Both the position numbers and the translations under genes were made by a program. A DNA stretch of 64,000 nt, taken from assembly GCA_963666275.2 (NCBI GenBank), contig CAXXOA010000002.1:2016001-2080000 (forward strand). Direction: 5' to 3'. The stretch is from Oceanispirochaeta sp. Lineage in GTDB: Bacteria > Spirochaetota > Spirochaetia > DSM-2461. Positions 41,713-50,902 of the stretch are shown here, piece after piece; within the stretch, counting starts at the first letter, position 1, and every line of letters starts with the position of its first letter. The notes beneath the pieces were generated by a model that saw only the letters and a list, made by a program, of their open reading frames with translations, had not been told where the DNA came from and ran no database searches.

Positions 41713-43068
41713 ATGAGAAAGACTTTAATTTATTGTATGCTCACAGGACTTTTCTACTCCGCACTTTCAGGGGAGAGTTCCCTCCCCATCCCCCCGCTTC
41801 TGGAGGGAGAAGAGATCACTTTAACTGTTCAGCAGGGAACTCTCGCTCTTCCCTTCGGTGATTCGGATACCCTGGGTTACAACGGGGACTATCTGGGGCC
41901 GACTCTGAGATTTTCAGAAGGGGACAGTTTCAATGTTCTTGTAGACAATACTCTGAATGAGGATACCACCGTTCACTGGCACGGGATGCATATTCCCGCT
42001 GAGTTTGACGGAGGTCCCCGGCAGGTTGTCTCTGCCGGAGGAACATGGAATCCCCGCTTTACAATCAGGCAGGATGCCGCCACCCTCTGGTATCACCCCC
42101 ATCTGATGGGAAAAACAGCAGAACAGGTCTACCGGGGACTGGCAGGGCTGATTTATATTGAAGATGAGTTTTCCCGGTCTCTGAATATTCCCCGGGAATA
42201 CGGTGTGAATGATATTCCCCTTGTACTTCAGGACCGCAGAATCGACAGGGACGGCCGGTTCCGCTTTGCTCCGGCCATGGCTGATATCATGCACGGCTAT
42301 ACAGGGAACGCCCTGCTTGTGAATGGAGCCTATAAGCCGGAACTGGAAATTGCAGGAGGGACTGTCCGTTTCCGGATCCTCAACGGCTCCAACTCCAGTA
42401 TATACAGGGTTCGTTTTTCCGATGGGAGAAAGTTTACTGTCATTGCCTCAGACGGAGGCTTCCTTCCTGAAACCGTCTCCACGGACAATCTGGTTCTGAC
42501 CTCGGGAGAGAGGTATGAGATCCTCGTGGATCTTGAAAAGAATGAAAAGGTCTCGCTGCTGACCGATATTTACGGATCCGATACCCATACAGCCATGACA
42601 GTCGATACCGACAGGAGCCGGCCGGTTCTGTATGAACACCCCGGCAGGCTCCGTCCCTTTTCCATCCCCGGGGAGGAGACTCCCGCCGAAACAAGAACAT
42701 TTCTTATGCAGACCATGGGGATGATGGGATTCGCCATAAACGGCAAGTCCATGAGCATGGACAGGATCGACGAAACAATCCGTCTGGACACGACGGAGCA
42801 TTGGATTGTGGAGAACAGAAGAACAGGTATGATGGCTTTTCCCCACTCTTTTCATGTCCATGATGTGCAGTTCAGGATCCTGAGTCTGAACGGGGAAGCG
42901 CCGCCGCCTCTTCTCTCGGGCCCCAAAGACACGATTCTTCTCTATCCGGGGGATACCTATCGCCTGGCCCTCCGGTTCAGAGATTATGAAGGAATATATA
43001 TGTATCACTGCCACTTTCTGGAACATGAAGACAGCGGTATGATGGGACAGTTTGAAATTATCCCCTGA
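41713..43068 (+). CDS. multicopper oxidase (CueO-like)
   Basis: HWHG, WYHPH, HSFHVH, HCHFLEHEDSGMM. Confidence 0.92.
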   Translation: MRKTLIYCMLTGLFYSALSGESSLPIPPLLEGEEITLTVQQGTLALPFGDSDTLGYNGDYLGPTLRFSEGDSFNVLVDNTLNEDTTVHWHGMHIPAEFDGGPRQVVSAGGTWNPRFTIRQDAATLWYHPHLMGKTAEQVYRGLAGLIYIEDEFSRSLNIPREYGVNDIPLVLQDRRIDRDGRFRFAPAMADIMHGYTGNALLVNGAYKPELEIAGGTVRFRILNGSNSSIYRVRFSDGRKFTVIASDGGFLPETVSTDNLVLTSGERYEILVDLEKNEKVSLLTDIYGSDTHTAMTVDTDRSRPVLYEHPGRLRPFSIPGEETPAETRTFLMQTMGMMGFAINGKSMSMDRIDETIRLDTTEHWIVENRRTGMMAFPHSFHVHDVQFRILSLNGEAPPPLLSGPKDTILLYPGDTYRLALRFRDYEGIYMYHCHFLEHEDSGMMGQFEIIP

Positions 43069-43247
43069 GGAATTGTATTGAAGAAATTTACGGAAACCTC
43101 TCTCCGCCCGGTTCCGGGAGAATCCAGGGAGAGCTGTGTGTATCCTCATGGGTTTTCCGAGGTTTCGTGGTATATTGTGCGTAATTATTATTTTGAAAGA
43201 AATATAACTGAGAAAAATAGAAGTTAAAAATAGATCAAGGAGCCGGC

Positions 43248-44303
43248 ATGAGCCATTTTGATGAATCAGATCAGTTAAACGATCTGGTAAAGCTGTCTTT
43301 CTTTTCGGGCATCGGGAAAGCCATATCCAGTGCCAGAACCATCAGAGAGACTCTGGAAGCTGTTATGGATCAGGTGGGGACAATTTTTGCTCCCTCCTAC
43401 TGGTCCCTGCTGCTGCGAAACCCTAAAACAGGTGATCTGACATTTTCCATTGCCGTGGGTAGCGGAGTGGAGCAGTTAAAAGGCATGGTGATTCCCAAAG
43501 GGCAGGGGATTGTTGGCTGGATTGCCGAACACGGAGAAGCCCTTATCATTGAAGATGTCAGCAGAGATCCCCGGTTCTCCCCGGATATTGATAAGCTTAC
43601 ACGGCTTCAGACAAAATCCATCATCGGTGTTCCCCTGAAAAACAACGGAAAGGTATTCGGAGTCATCGAACTGATCAATAAGCTGGACGGAGGGGCCTTT
43701 TCGCCTCTGGAACTCAGCCTCCTTTCTACCATCGCCGACTTCGCTGCGATTGCCATCGAGAAAGCCTACTATCTGAAAGCCCTCAAAAGGATTGCCGTGA
43801 TTGATCCCCTCACAGGATTGAACAACCGCAGATCCTTTATCAGCTACTTCGAAAAAGAATCCGACAGGAGCCGGAGAACAGGCCGGAATTTTTCTATTAT
43901 GATGGTGGATCTGGACGGATTCAAGAAAATCAATGACCAGTTCGGTCACAGCGAAGGGGACAAGGTCCTTATCCGTGTGGCAGATCTGTTCAGAAAACAT
44001 CTTCGAACGGCGGATTTTGCCTGCCGGTACGGAGGGGATGAATTTGCTGTTCTTATGCCTGAAACGAACAAAATGGAAGCGGAAAATCTTAAAAAAAGAG
44101 TCCTGGAACAACTGGAGAGGGAGAATGAATCCTCTCCTGTCAAAATAGGGCTCAGTATAGGGATTCATGAATCTTCCGGTGAAAATCTGACGGAAGTCAT
44201 GCACATGGCGGATACCCTGATGTATAGGGAGAAAAACAGAAAAATAGAGCAGTCTGTTGATGATCTGGCAGAGCATCTGGCTGAACTGTCAGAAGCAGAG
44301 TGA
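43248..44303 (+). CDS. GAF-domain diguanylate cyclase
   Basis: GAF (G.GIVGW, GVIELINK); DPLTGL.NRR; RTAD I-site; GGDEF. Confidence 0.92.
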   Translation: MSHFDESDQLNDLVKLSFFSGIGKAISSARTIRETLEAVMDQVGTIFAPSYWSLLLRNPKTGDLTFSIAVGSGVEQLKGMVIPKGQGIVGWIAEHGEALIIEDVSRDPRFSPDIDKLTRLQTKSIIGVPLKNNGKVFGVIELINKLDGGAFSPLELSLLSTIADFAAIAIEKAYYLKALKRIAVIDPLTGLNNRRSFISYFEKESDRSRRTGRNFSIMMVDLDGFKKINDQFGHSEGDKVLIRVADLFRKHLRTADFACRYGGDEFAVLMPETNKMEAENLKKRVLEQLERENESSPVKIGLSIGIHESSGENLTEVMHMADTLMYREKNRKIEQSVDDLAEHLAELSEAE

Positions 44304-44448
44304 TACTGAAATCAGGTGAATTCCTGTTCCTCAATAATTCTTCATTCTATTAAAAAATCCCGGAGGGTTTGTTTCCCGGCCCTCTGTATTCTATACTTTC
44401 TTCCATATTTAAAAGCTGAAAGAACTCGAAAGCAACGTTGGAGATAAT

Positions 44449-45861
44449 ATGAGCAGAAGTCCGGGAAAAAGAAGAGATCTGGGAAAAATACTGATTCTTT
44501 TTCTGTTTGTCTTCTCTGTCCTTCCTGCCTGTATTGTCGGCCTTGTAGGAGCGCTCAATGCAAGAGTGAGACTGCAGGAACTGGAGACCTATAATGAGCA
44601 GAGTGTTCTTCAGAGTCAGATCAGTCCCATTGCCTCGAAAATAGAAGTCTACAGGGAACTGATCAAATTTACCTCCCAGCTGCCTGCGGCAGAAGAAATC
44701 CTCGGAGGAGGACAGGATCTTCTGGGAAGTATTGAGTCCTTTCAGCAGTCTGTGAACCGCTACTCGGGCGTTCTTAAAAGAGTTTTCCGGAATTATCCCG
44801 AGATTACGGATGTCAGGCTTTATGATTCAGACAGAAATGCACTTCTTCATGTGGCCAGCACCGAAGACAGGGGCCTGGAAGACCATTCCGGCAGTGATCA
44901 TGAGCACCTGATCAGTGATTCTCTTTTTTCTGATATCCTCAAGTTGGAGGAAAATCACATTCTCATTACAACCCGGCGGATTGAAACCGGAGAAAGCGGC
45001 TTTCCGGGAAATCAGCTTGTCCTGGAAATGATGACTCCCGTTATCAGCAGTGATGAAAGGATCGGTCTGTTTGTCTGCTCCGTGAATATAGGAATCCTCT
45101 CTCTGTCCTATCCGGATATTGAATGGGTTTTCGAAAATGGGGATTTCCTTGTCCGGGAAACTGCGGCCTCGGCCTTTGACAGATATCCCGAGCTGAAGCA
45201 GATCTTTCTGTCCGGCCAACCCGGTATTTCCCATGGAGAGGATTTTCATGCCTGGATTCCCCTCTTTTCCGATGGCACAGGAAAGGCGCTTCTCTGGGCG
45301 GGGAGAGTTGTGACTTTTTCCGACAGTGAACGATACATTTACCAGACCTATAAGACAATATTTACAACAATCCTTGTCCTTTTTATGGGAATCCTGATTT
45401 TCGGTTACTTTGTGACAGAAAGGATTAAGAGGTACTATTTCCGACTCTATGGATTTTTTGAAAAGCGTTTAGTGGAGAATAATACAGAAATATCCCTTCC
45501 CTTTTCCGGATATGTCGATATCGATCGCTTTCTGGATCGGATCAGGATTGTGGTGGATAAGAATACCCGGATTCAGGATGAAAATAATCAGCTCATCATG
45601 GAACTCAAGGAAGCCCTGAACAATGTTAAAGAGCTGAAAGGACTTCTTCCTGTCTGTTCCTCCTGCCGGAAAGTCAGGGACGATGACGGCTACTGGGCCA
45701 ACCTGGATGAATACATTACCAGATATACAGACACGAGCATTTCTCACAGCCTCTGTCCGGACTGCCTGCAGGAGCTCTATCCCGAGTATGCAGACAGGGT
45801 GATAAAAAAAGTGAACGACAGACATCAAACTTCCCCGGAGCTGGATGGGGGAAAGTCTTGA
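44449..45861 (+). CDS. 2-TM periplasmic (Cache-like) sensor with C-terminal Cys-rich module
   Basis: TM, ~270-aa periplasmic region, TM, coiled coil, then the same C..C / H..C..C module as 38151-39266. Confidence 0.78.
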   Translation: MSRSPGKRRDLGKILILFLFVFSVLPACIVGLVGALNARVRLQELETYNEQSVLQSQISPIASKIEVYRELIKFTSQLPAAEEILGGGQDLLGSIESFQQSVNRYSGVLKRVFRNYPEITDVRLYDSDRNALLHVASTEDRGLEDHSGSDHEHLISDSLFSDILKLEENHILITTRRIETGESGFPGNQLVLEMMTPVISSDERIGLFVCSVNIGILSLSYPDIEWVFENGDFLVRETAASAFDRYPELKQIFLSGQPGISHGEDFHAWIPLFSDGTGKALLWAGRVVTFSDSERYIYQTYKTIFTTILVLFMGILIFGYFVTERIKRYYFRLYGFFEKRLVENNTEISLPFSGYVDIDRFLDRIRIVVDKNTRIQDENNQLIMELKEALNNVKELKGLLPVCSSCRKVRDDDGYWANLDEYITRYTDTSISHSLCPDCLQELYPEYADRVIKKVNDRHQTSPELDGGKS

Positions 45862-45895
45862 GAACTTTTCTGATACTGCAGGGCATCAAAAATAA

Positions 45896-45935
45896 GCGGC
45901 CACCCTTCCATGTCTGGACGGGTGGCCGTTTTTTC
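45896..45935. terminator. intrinsic terminator between convergent genes
   Basis: GCGGCCACCCTTCCA-TGTC-TGGACGGGTGGCCGTTTTTT. Confidence 0.7.
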
Positions 45936-46005
45936 ATGAACTGACAGTTAGACCCGGATTCATCCTGCTGTTATGAATATGAGTCTATTCAAATATGTAT
46001 TGCTG

Positions 46006-46104
46006 TCAGTCTTTTTTCTTCAGGGCAATATAGAGACACACTCCGGCGCCTCCCCAGGTGATTGCCAGACCGATGATCATCATAATAACGGCATCTATAC
46101 TCAT
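46006..46104 (-). CDS. MetS-like small subunit of an NSS transporter (32 aa)
   Basis: Below the ORF-track cut-off. MSIDAVIMMIIGLAITWGGAGVCLYIALKKKD; ATGA overlap with the NSS gene stop; WGG motif. Confidence 0.8.
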   Translation of the reverse strand: MSIDAVIMMIIGLAITWGGAGVCLYIALKKKD

Positions 46105-47600
46105 GCTTTGGGCTCCTCATTGTTTGTGATCAGGGGCGAGTGCCATTTCAGGCGGGTTACGACCAGGGCAAAAACCGCTACAAGAAGAATCATGGCCCAT
46201 CCAAAGACTATCTGTACTGATGCGGGATAACCCGAATAGTTGACTCTGATATCTCCGATCAGATTGAGGATCGAGTTGATCCCCAGGACCAGAGGGGTTA
46301 CAAAACGGATCATGAAATTCCACCACTTTCCGACGGTAAAATCACTAGTAAGATTGGCATGCTCTCTCAGGGAATCCAGATTGTAAAACCATCCCAGCAG
46401 GATCACTTCGATAATACCGGCCGTAATGATACCGTAGTTGTTGATATAGTGATCCACCACATCCAGGATATGAAGACCCGCTCCCGAGGCATAAATCAGA
46501 CTGACCGCACCGGCGATAAGGGTGTAACCGATGGTGACCTTATGGCGGGGGAGTCCGGTTTTGTCCACAATCGACCGGACGATAACTTCGTTTATCGAGA
46601 TAAAAGAGGAAAGACCTGCAAAGGACAGGGTCAGGAAGAGGAGGATCCCGATCAGGGTATTCAGAGCGGGAAGCTGGCTGACTGCGGAAGGCAGGGTTAC
46701 AAAGGCAAGAAGAACGCCGGCCAGTTTTTCAGGAAGAGTTCCCCCCGCCTGGTGCTGCATGAATCCCAGAATGCTGAAAATCGCAATTCCAGAGAGCATA
46801 CTGAAACCGCAGTTCAGGAGGGCTGTCATAAAGGCATTGTTCACAATGTCCGATTTTTTCGGCAGATAGCTCGAATAGGTGAGCATGATAGCAAAGGCAA
46901 TGCTCAGGCTGAAAAAGATCTGCCCGTAGGCGGCAATCCATACCGAGGGATCCAGGATCGCCTTGAAATCGGGTTTAAACAGGATCTGAAGCCCCTGGGC
47001 GGCTCCGGGTAGGGTAACTGCCCTGACTGTTATGACAAGAAGCATGACAATCAGAACGGGCATGAAAATCTTATTGGCCCTCTCCAGACCCTTCTGTACT
47101 CCGCCGTAGCTGGCAAGGAAATTGATAAACCAGGCCGCCAGGATCGTAATCAGGATAACGCTGTTAAAGCCTTCCAGCGCAAAGGGGCCGCTGCTGATTT
47201 TAAGGAAATCTCCCAGGAAGAAATCTGCCGGAGCGCTTCCCCAGGACTGATTGAAACTGAATCCCACATAACTGATAGACCAGGCGACAACCGTCACATA
47301 ATAGACGGCAATGACAATACTGACACCGGTCTGAAACCAGCCGAGCCATTCCCATTTTCTGTTCAGCCTGGAAAATGTCAGAGGCGCACCGGAGCGGCTT
47401 CTGTGACCCAGACTGAATTCAAGTATCATTATGGGTATTCCTGCGGTCAGCAGGGCGACAAAGTAGGGGATAAGGAACGCTCCCCCTCCGTTTTCGTATA
47501 CCATGTAAGGGAAGCGCCAGATATTTCCCAGTCCCACAGCGGAGCCCACTGCAGCAAGGATGAATCCGATCCGGCTTCCCCATTGTTGTTTTTCAGACAA
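46101..47600 (-). CDS. sodium-dependent transporter, NSS/SNF family
   Basis: GSAVGLGNIWRFPY...NGGGAFL.PY, QIFFSLS; probable TTG start 47600 behind AGGAG. Confidence 0.93.
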   Translation of the reverse strand: MSEKQQWGSRIGFILAAVGSAVGLGNIWRFPYMVYENGGGAFLIPYFVALLTAGIPIMILEFSLGHRSRSGAPLTFSRLNRKWEWLGWFQTGVSIVIAVYYVTVVAWSISYVGFSFNQSWGSAPADFFLGDFLKISSGPFALEGFNSVILITILAAWFINFLASYGGVQKGLERANKIFMPVLIVMLLVITVRAVTLPGAAQGLQILFKPDFKAILDPSVWIAAYGQIFFSLSIAFAIMLTYSSYLPKKSDIVNNAFMTALLNCGFSMLSGIAIFSILGFMQHQAGGTLPEKLAGVLLAFVTLPSAVSQLPALNTLIGILLFLTLSFAGLSSFISINEVIVRSIVDKTGLPRHKVTIGYTLIAGAVSLIYASGAGLHILDVVDHYINNYGIITAGIIEVILLGWFYNLDSLREHANLTSDFTVGKWWNFMIRFVTPLVLGINSILNLIGDIRVNYSGYPASVQIVFGWAMILLVAVFALVVTRLKWHSPLITNNEEPKA

Positions 47601-47804
47601 TTTTGTACTCCTTGATTTTTGAAAATACACATAGATTGAAGGAATCAAAAGGAGCTGTCAATCCGAGTTTATACGATATGGTAGAAAAAAAATGGGAAAA
47701 ACGTATATAATGTGAATAAAAATCGAGGAATACGAAGGCTTTTTAAGGTAGAGCGGGGGATCCCTCCGCTCTGAGAACAATGCGGAGGGATCACCGGGAC
47801 ACTC

Positions 47805-48791
47805 CTAGGGGGCAATGAGTTCTCTGTATCTGCCGGCCCAGTAGGAGATAATGATATCCGTACCGGCCCGGTCCAGAGCGGCTATGGATTCTCTGACCAT
47901 GCCGCCCAGATCGCCCCAGCCTCTTTCGGCGGCGGCAATCAGCATGGAGTACTCTCCGCTCACATTGTAGGCCGCCAGGGGCAGGTTCGTCTCTTCCCTC
48001 AGACGGCTGATCACATCCAGATAAAACAGGGCCGGCTTCACCATCAGGATATCCGCTCCCTCCTCCTCATCGGTCAGGGACTCCCTGATGGCCTGGCGTT
48101 TATCTCTGTAGGACTGCTGATATCCCTGCCTGTCTCCTTTTCCCGGAGCAGACTGCTCGGCATCCCGAAAGGGGCCGTACATGGCCGAGGCAAACTTGGT
48201 GGAGTAACTCATAAGGATGGTCTGATCAAAGCCCCCGTCATCCAGTCCCTTCCGGATAGCCTGAACCTGGCCGTCCATCATGGCACTGGGAGCGACACAG
48301 TCGGCGCCGGCTTCGGCATGGGAGAGGGCTGTCCTCGTCAATTCAATCAGGGCCTGGTCGTTATCCACATCGCCCTCCGGGGTCAGCGGGCCGCAGTGGC
48401 CGTGTGAGGTATAGGCGCAGAGGCAGACATCGGTCATCACCACAAGCTGGGGGAACTCTTTTTTCAGGACCTTTACCGCTTCCTGAACAGAGCCGCCGGA
48501 GGCACAGGCCGCAGTTCCCCGGCCGTCTTTATTCTCCTCTTCTGTGAGTCCGAAAAGCAGTACACCCCCGATGCCTTCCCTGACCGCCTGTTCCACTTCG
48601 GCACAGAGGGTATCGGGACTGAGCCTGTACTGACCCGGCATGGCATCAATGGACTCTCTTTTATTCCGTCCTTCCGCCACAAAAAGGGGCCAGATGAATT
48701 TCTCCGGTCCCGGAAGGGGGGCATCGAAAAGCCTCCGGATCGAGGGGGTACGTCTCAGCCGTCTGAGTCTGAGCTGGGGATAACTGTTCAT
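47805..48791 (-). CDS. hemB: porphobilinogen synthase
   Basis: DVCLC.YT.HGHCG, PSAMMDG, YGPFRDA, MVKP, YNVSGEY. Confidence 0.96.
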   Translation of the reverse strand: MNSYPQLRLRRLRRTPSIRRLFDAPLPGPEKFIWPLFVAEGRNKRESIDAMPGQYRLSPDTLCAEVEQAVREGIGGVLLFGLTEEENKDGRGTAACASGGSVQEAVKVLKKEFPQLVVMTDVCLCAYTSHGHCGPLTPEGDVDNDQALIELTRTALSHAEAGADCVAPSAMMDGQVQAIRKGLDDGGFDQTILMSYSTKFASAMYGPFRDAEQSAPGKGDRQGYQQSYRDKRQAIRESLTDEEEGADILMVKPALFYLDVISRLREETNLPLAAYNVSGEYSMLIAAAERGWGDLGGMVRESIAALDRAGTDIIISYWAGRYRELIAP

Positions 48792-50902
48792 AGGATCTCC
48801 TTCAGTTTGTTATTCAGCCACCGGCCGGACAGGGTTTCTATAGAAGAGGGAAGTGAAGCCTCCCGGCTAACCAGGACCGGGGAGACTCCTTTCTCTTTCA
48901 GGGCTGTTTCTGTGGGAATCCCGATGGCTACCGGGGTTTTTCCATTCAGAGCCTCCAGCCCCCAGTTCTCCAGGAAGGCCGTAACGGCTGAGGAGCTGGC
49001 AAATATCACCGCATCACAGGGCGGGCAGGCATCGCTGGTTTTTAAAGTTGTATTTGTATATAAAATAATATCTCTTACAAGGGCTCCCCGGGATTCCAGG
49101 GCACGGGTTATTTCCGAGCCGGCCCGGTCCGAGCGGAAACGGATCACCCTCTCTCCTTCTCTGATGACCGGAACTCCCGACTGAATCAGGCTTCCGGCGC
49201 CGAAGGGGGAGGGGGCTGTGAAATCCGCGTAGAGACCGTACTCCTCCAGGGTCCGGGCCGAAGGGGTGCCGCAGACCATGATCTTCGGGAGTTTTCTGAT
49301 ATCCTGCCGCGTTTCTCTGAGCAGATCCATAAAATGGCGGATAGCGCCGGGAGATGTCAGGACGATCCAGTCGGTGTCATTCAAATCCAGACTCGGCAGA
49401 GACCGATCCAGGCGGATCAGGCTCTGTTTCAGCGGAATCCCTCCGAAATCTTCCACAGTCAGGGCCGCCTTTTCCATCAGCCGTTCACTGCAGGTCAGAA
49501 GGATTCTTTTTCCTCCCAGCGGGCCCGAGGAGGTGTCGAAGCCGTAACGGGCCACTTCCCCCGTAATCAGGAGTCCCGGGCTTTCATAACCCCGGGCATC
49601 AATTTTACCGGCAATATCACCCAGGGTACCCCGGATGATTGTCTGATCGGGGCTGCCGGCGTTGTAGACTACGGCAGCGGGTTCCGTCCCGGGCCGTCCC
49701 TCATCCAGCAGGTTTCGGACAACCGAACCGGAGGCCTTCAGAGACATAAAGAAGATCACCGGCAGCCGGGCCCGTTCCGAGGCTCCTGTATCGGCAATCT
49801 CTCCTCCCTCAATGCGGGAACTGATGGCTGTGTAGCCCCGGGAGACTCCCCGCCGTGTCAGAAGGAGCCCTGTCGCCGAAGTCGCCGCATTCAGGCTGCT
49901 CACTCCCGGGATCACAAGAAAGGGGATTTTCAGAGATTCCAGTTCTTCCGCCTCTTCGGCGAGACGGCCGAAAATACCGGGATCTCCCCCTTTGAGCCTG
50001 ACAACTTTCAGGCCTTTCCGGGCATATTCGCTAACCATTTCGGTGATTTTCTGCTGTTTAAAGCTATGCTGACCGCTTCTTTTTCCCGTGTAGACGGCTT
50101 CGCCCCGGACATGGGAGAGAAGTTCCTGGTCCAGCAGGGAGTCGTAGAGGCAGATGTCGCAGTTTTTCAGAGCCTCAATACCCTTGAGGGTGCATAAAGA
50201 AGCGCTTCCCGGGCCGGATCCCACAAAACGGACGGCCTTGATATAGAGGCTGCGGATGGCTGTGAATCTTTCATCCCCTTTCCGGAAACTCAGGGCCAGT
50301 ATCCCCTGGGCTTCCGGTGCGGGAAGCTTCTCCAGAGGGATGATTCGTGTGATCCTGTGAGACAGATCAAGCCGGTCCAGAGCCGCTTTGGCCATAATAA
50401 GCATATCGTAGCGGCCCTGATCCAGCTGGTCCAGGCGCATCTCTATGTTGCCTCTTATGGGCGCTGTGGGGACCTGGGGAAACTCCCGGGCACAGTAGGC
50501 TTCCCGGCGCTCGCTTGATACGCCGATCAGACTGTTTTTGTCCAGCTCCTCCGGGGTCATACCCTCCCGGCAGATCAGAACATCCTCCCTGGCGGCTTTC
50601 CAGGGGAGCCAGAACCAGTCGAGCTCCTCCCTCAGGGGGTACTCCAGGTCTTTCGCGCTGTGAACGGCGCAGTCCAGGTCTCCCCTTATGACCGCTTCAT
50701 CCAGATCTTTTGAGAAAAAATCTCCGGGGCTGACACGAAGATCCATTTTTCTGTCCCTGTCGCCCGGACTGGACATATTAATCTGTTCCCATTGAATCAA
50801 CGGGAAGTCAGCCGAGAGTTCTGCCAGAGCGGCCGCTGTCTGCCTTACGGCCAGATTGCTGTCACGGTTTCCGACTCTGAACACTTTCTGCGATTCGTTC
50901 AT
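48788..50902 (-). CDS. triple fusion: truncated hydroxymethylbilane synthase (HemC) + uroporphyrinogen-III C-methyltransferase (CobA) + uroporphyrinogen-III synthase (HemD)
   Basis: HemC R.S.LA..Q, VHSAKD, SSERR, IRGN...RL, QG.LA; CobA VGSGPG, RLKGGDP..FGR, PGVSS; HemD W.V.TSP, FASSS.V, IG..T. Confidence 0.9.
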   Translation of the reverse strand: MNESQKVFRVGNRDSNLAVRQTAAALAELSADFPLIQWEQINMSSPGDRDRKMDLRVSPGDFFSKDLDEAVIRGDLDCAVHSAKDLEYPLREELDWFWLPWKAAREDVLICREGMTPEELDKNSLIGVSSERREAYCAREFPQVPTAPIRGNIEMRLDQLDQGRYDMLIMAKAALDRLDLSHRITRIIPLEKLPAPEAQGILALSFRKGDERFTAIRSLYIKAVRFVGSGPGSASLCTLKGIEALKNCDICLYDSLLDQELLSHVRGEAVYTGKRSGQHSFKQQKITEMVSEYARKGLKVVRLKGGDPGIFGRLAEEAEELESLKIPFLVIPGVSSLNAATSATGLLLTRRGVSRGYTAISSRIEGGEIADTGASERARLPVIFFMSLKASGSVVRNLLDEGRPGTEPAAVVYNAGSPDQTIIRGTLGDIAGKIDARGYESPGLLITGEVARYGFDTSSGPLGGKRILLTCSERLMEKAALTVEDFGGIPLKQSLIRLDRSLPSLDLNDTDWIVLTSPGAIRHFMDLLRETRQDIRKLPKIMVCGTPSARTLEEYGLYADFTAPSPFGAGSLIQSGVPVIREGERVIRFRSDRAGSEITRALESRGALVRDIILYTNTTLKTSDACPPCDAVIFASSSAVTAFLENWGLEALNGKTPVAIGIPTETALKEKGVSPVLVSREASLPSSIETLSGRWLNNKLKEIL

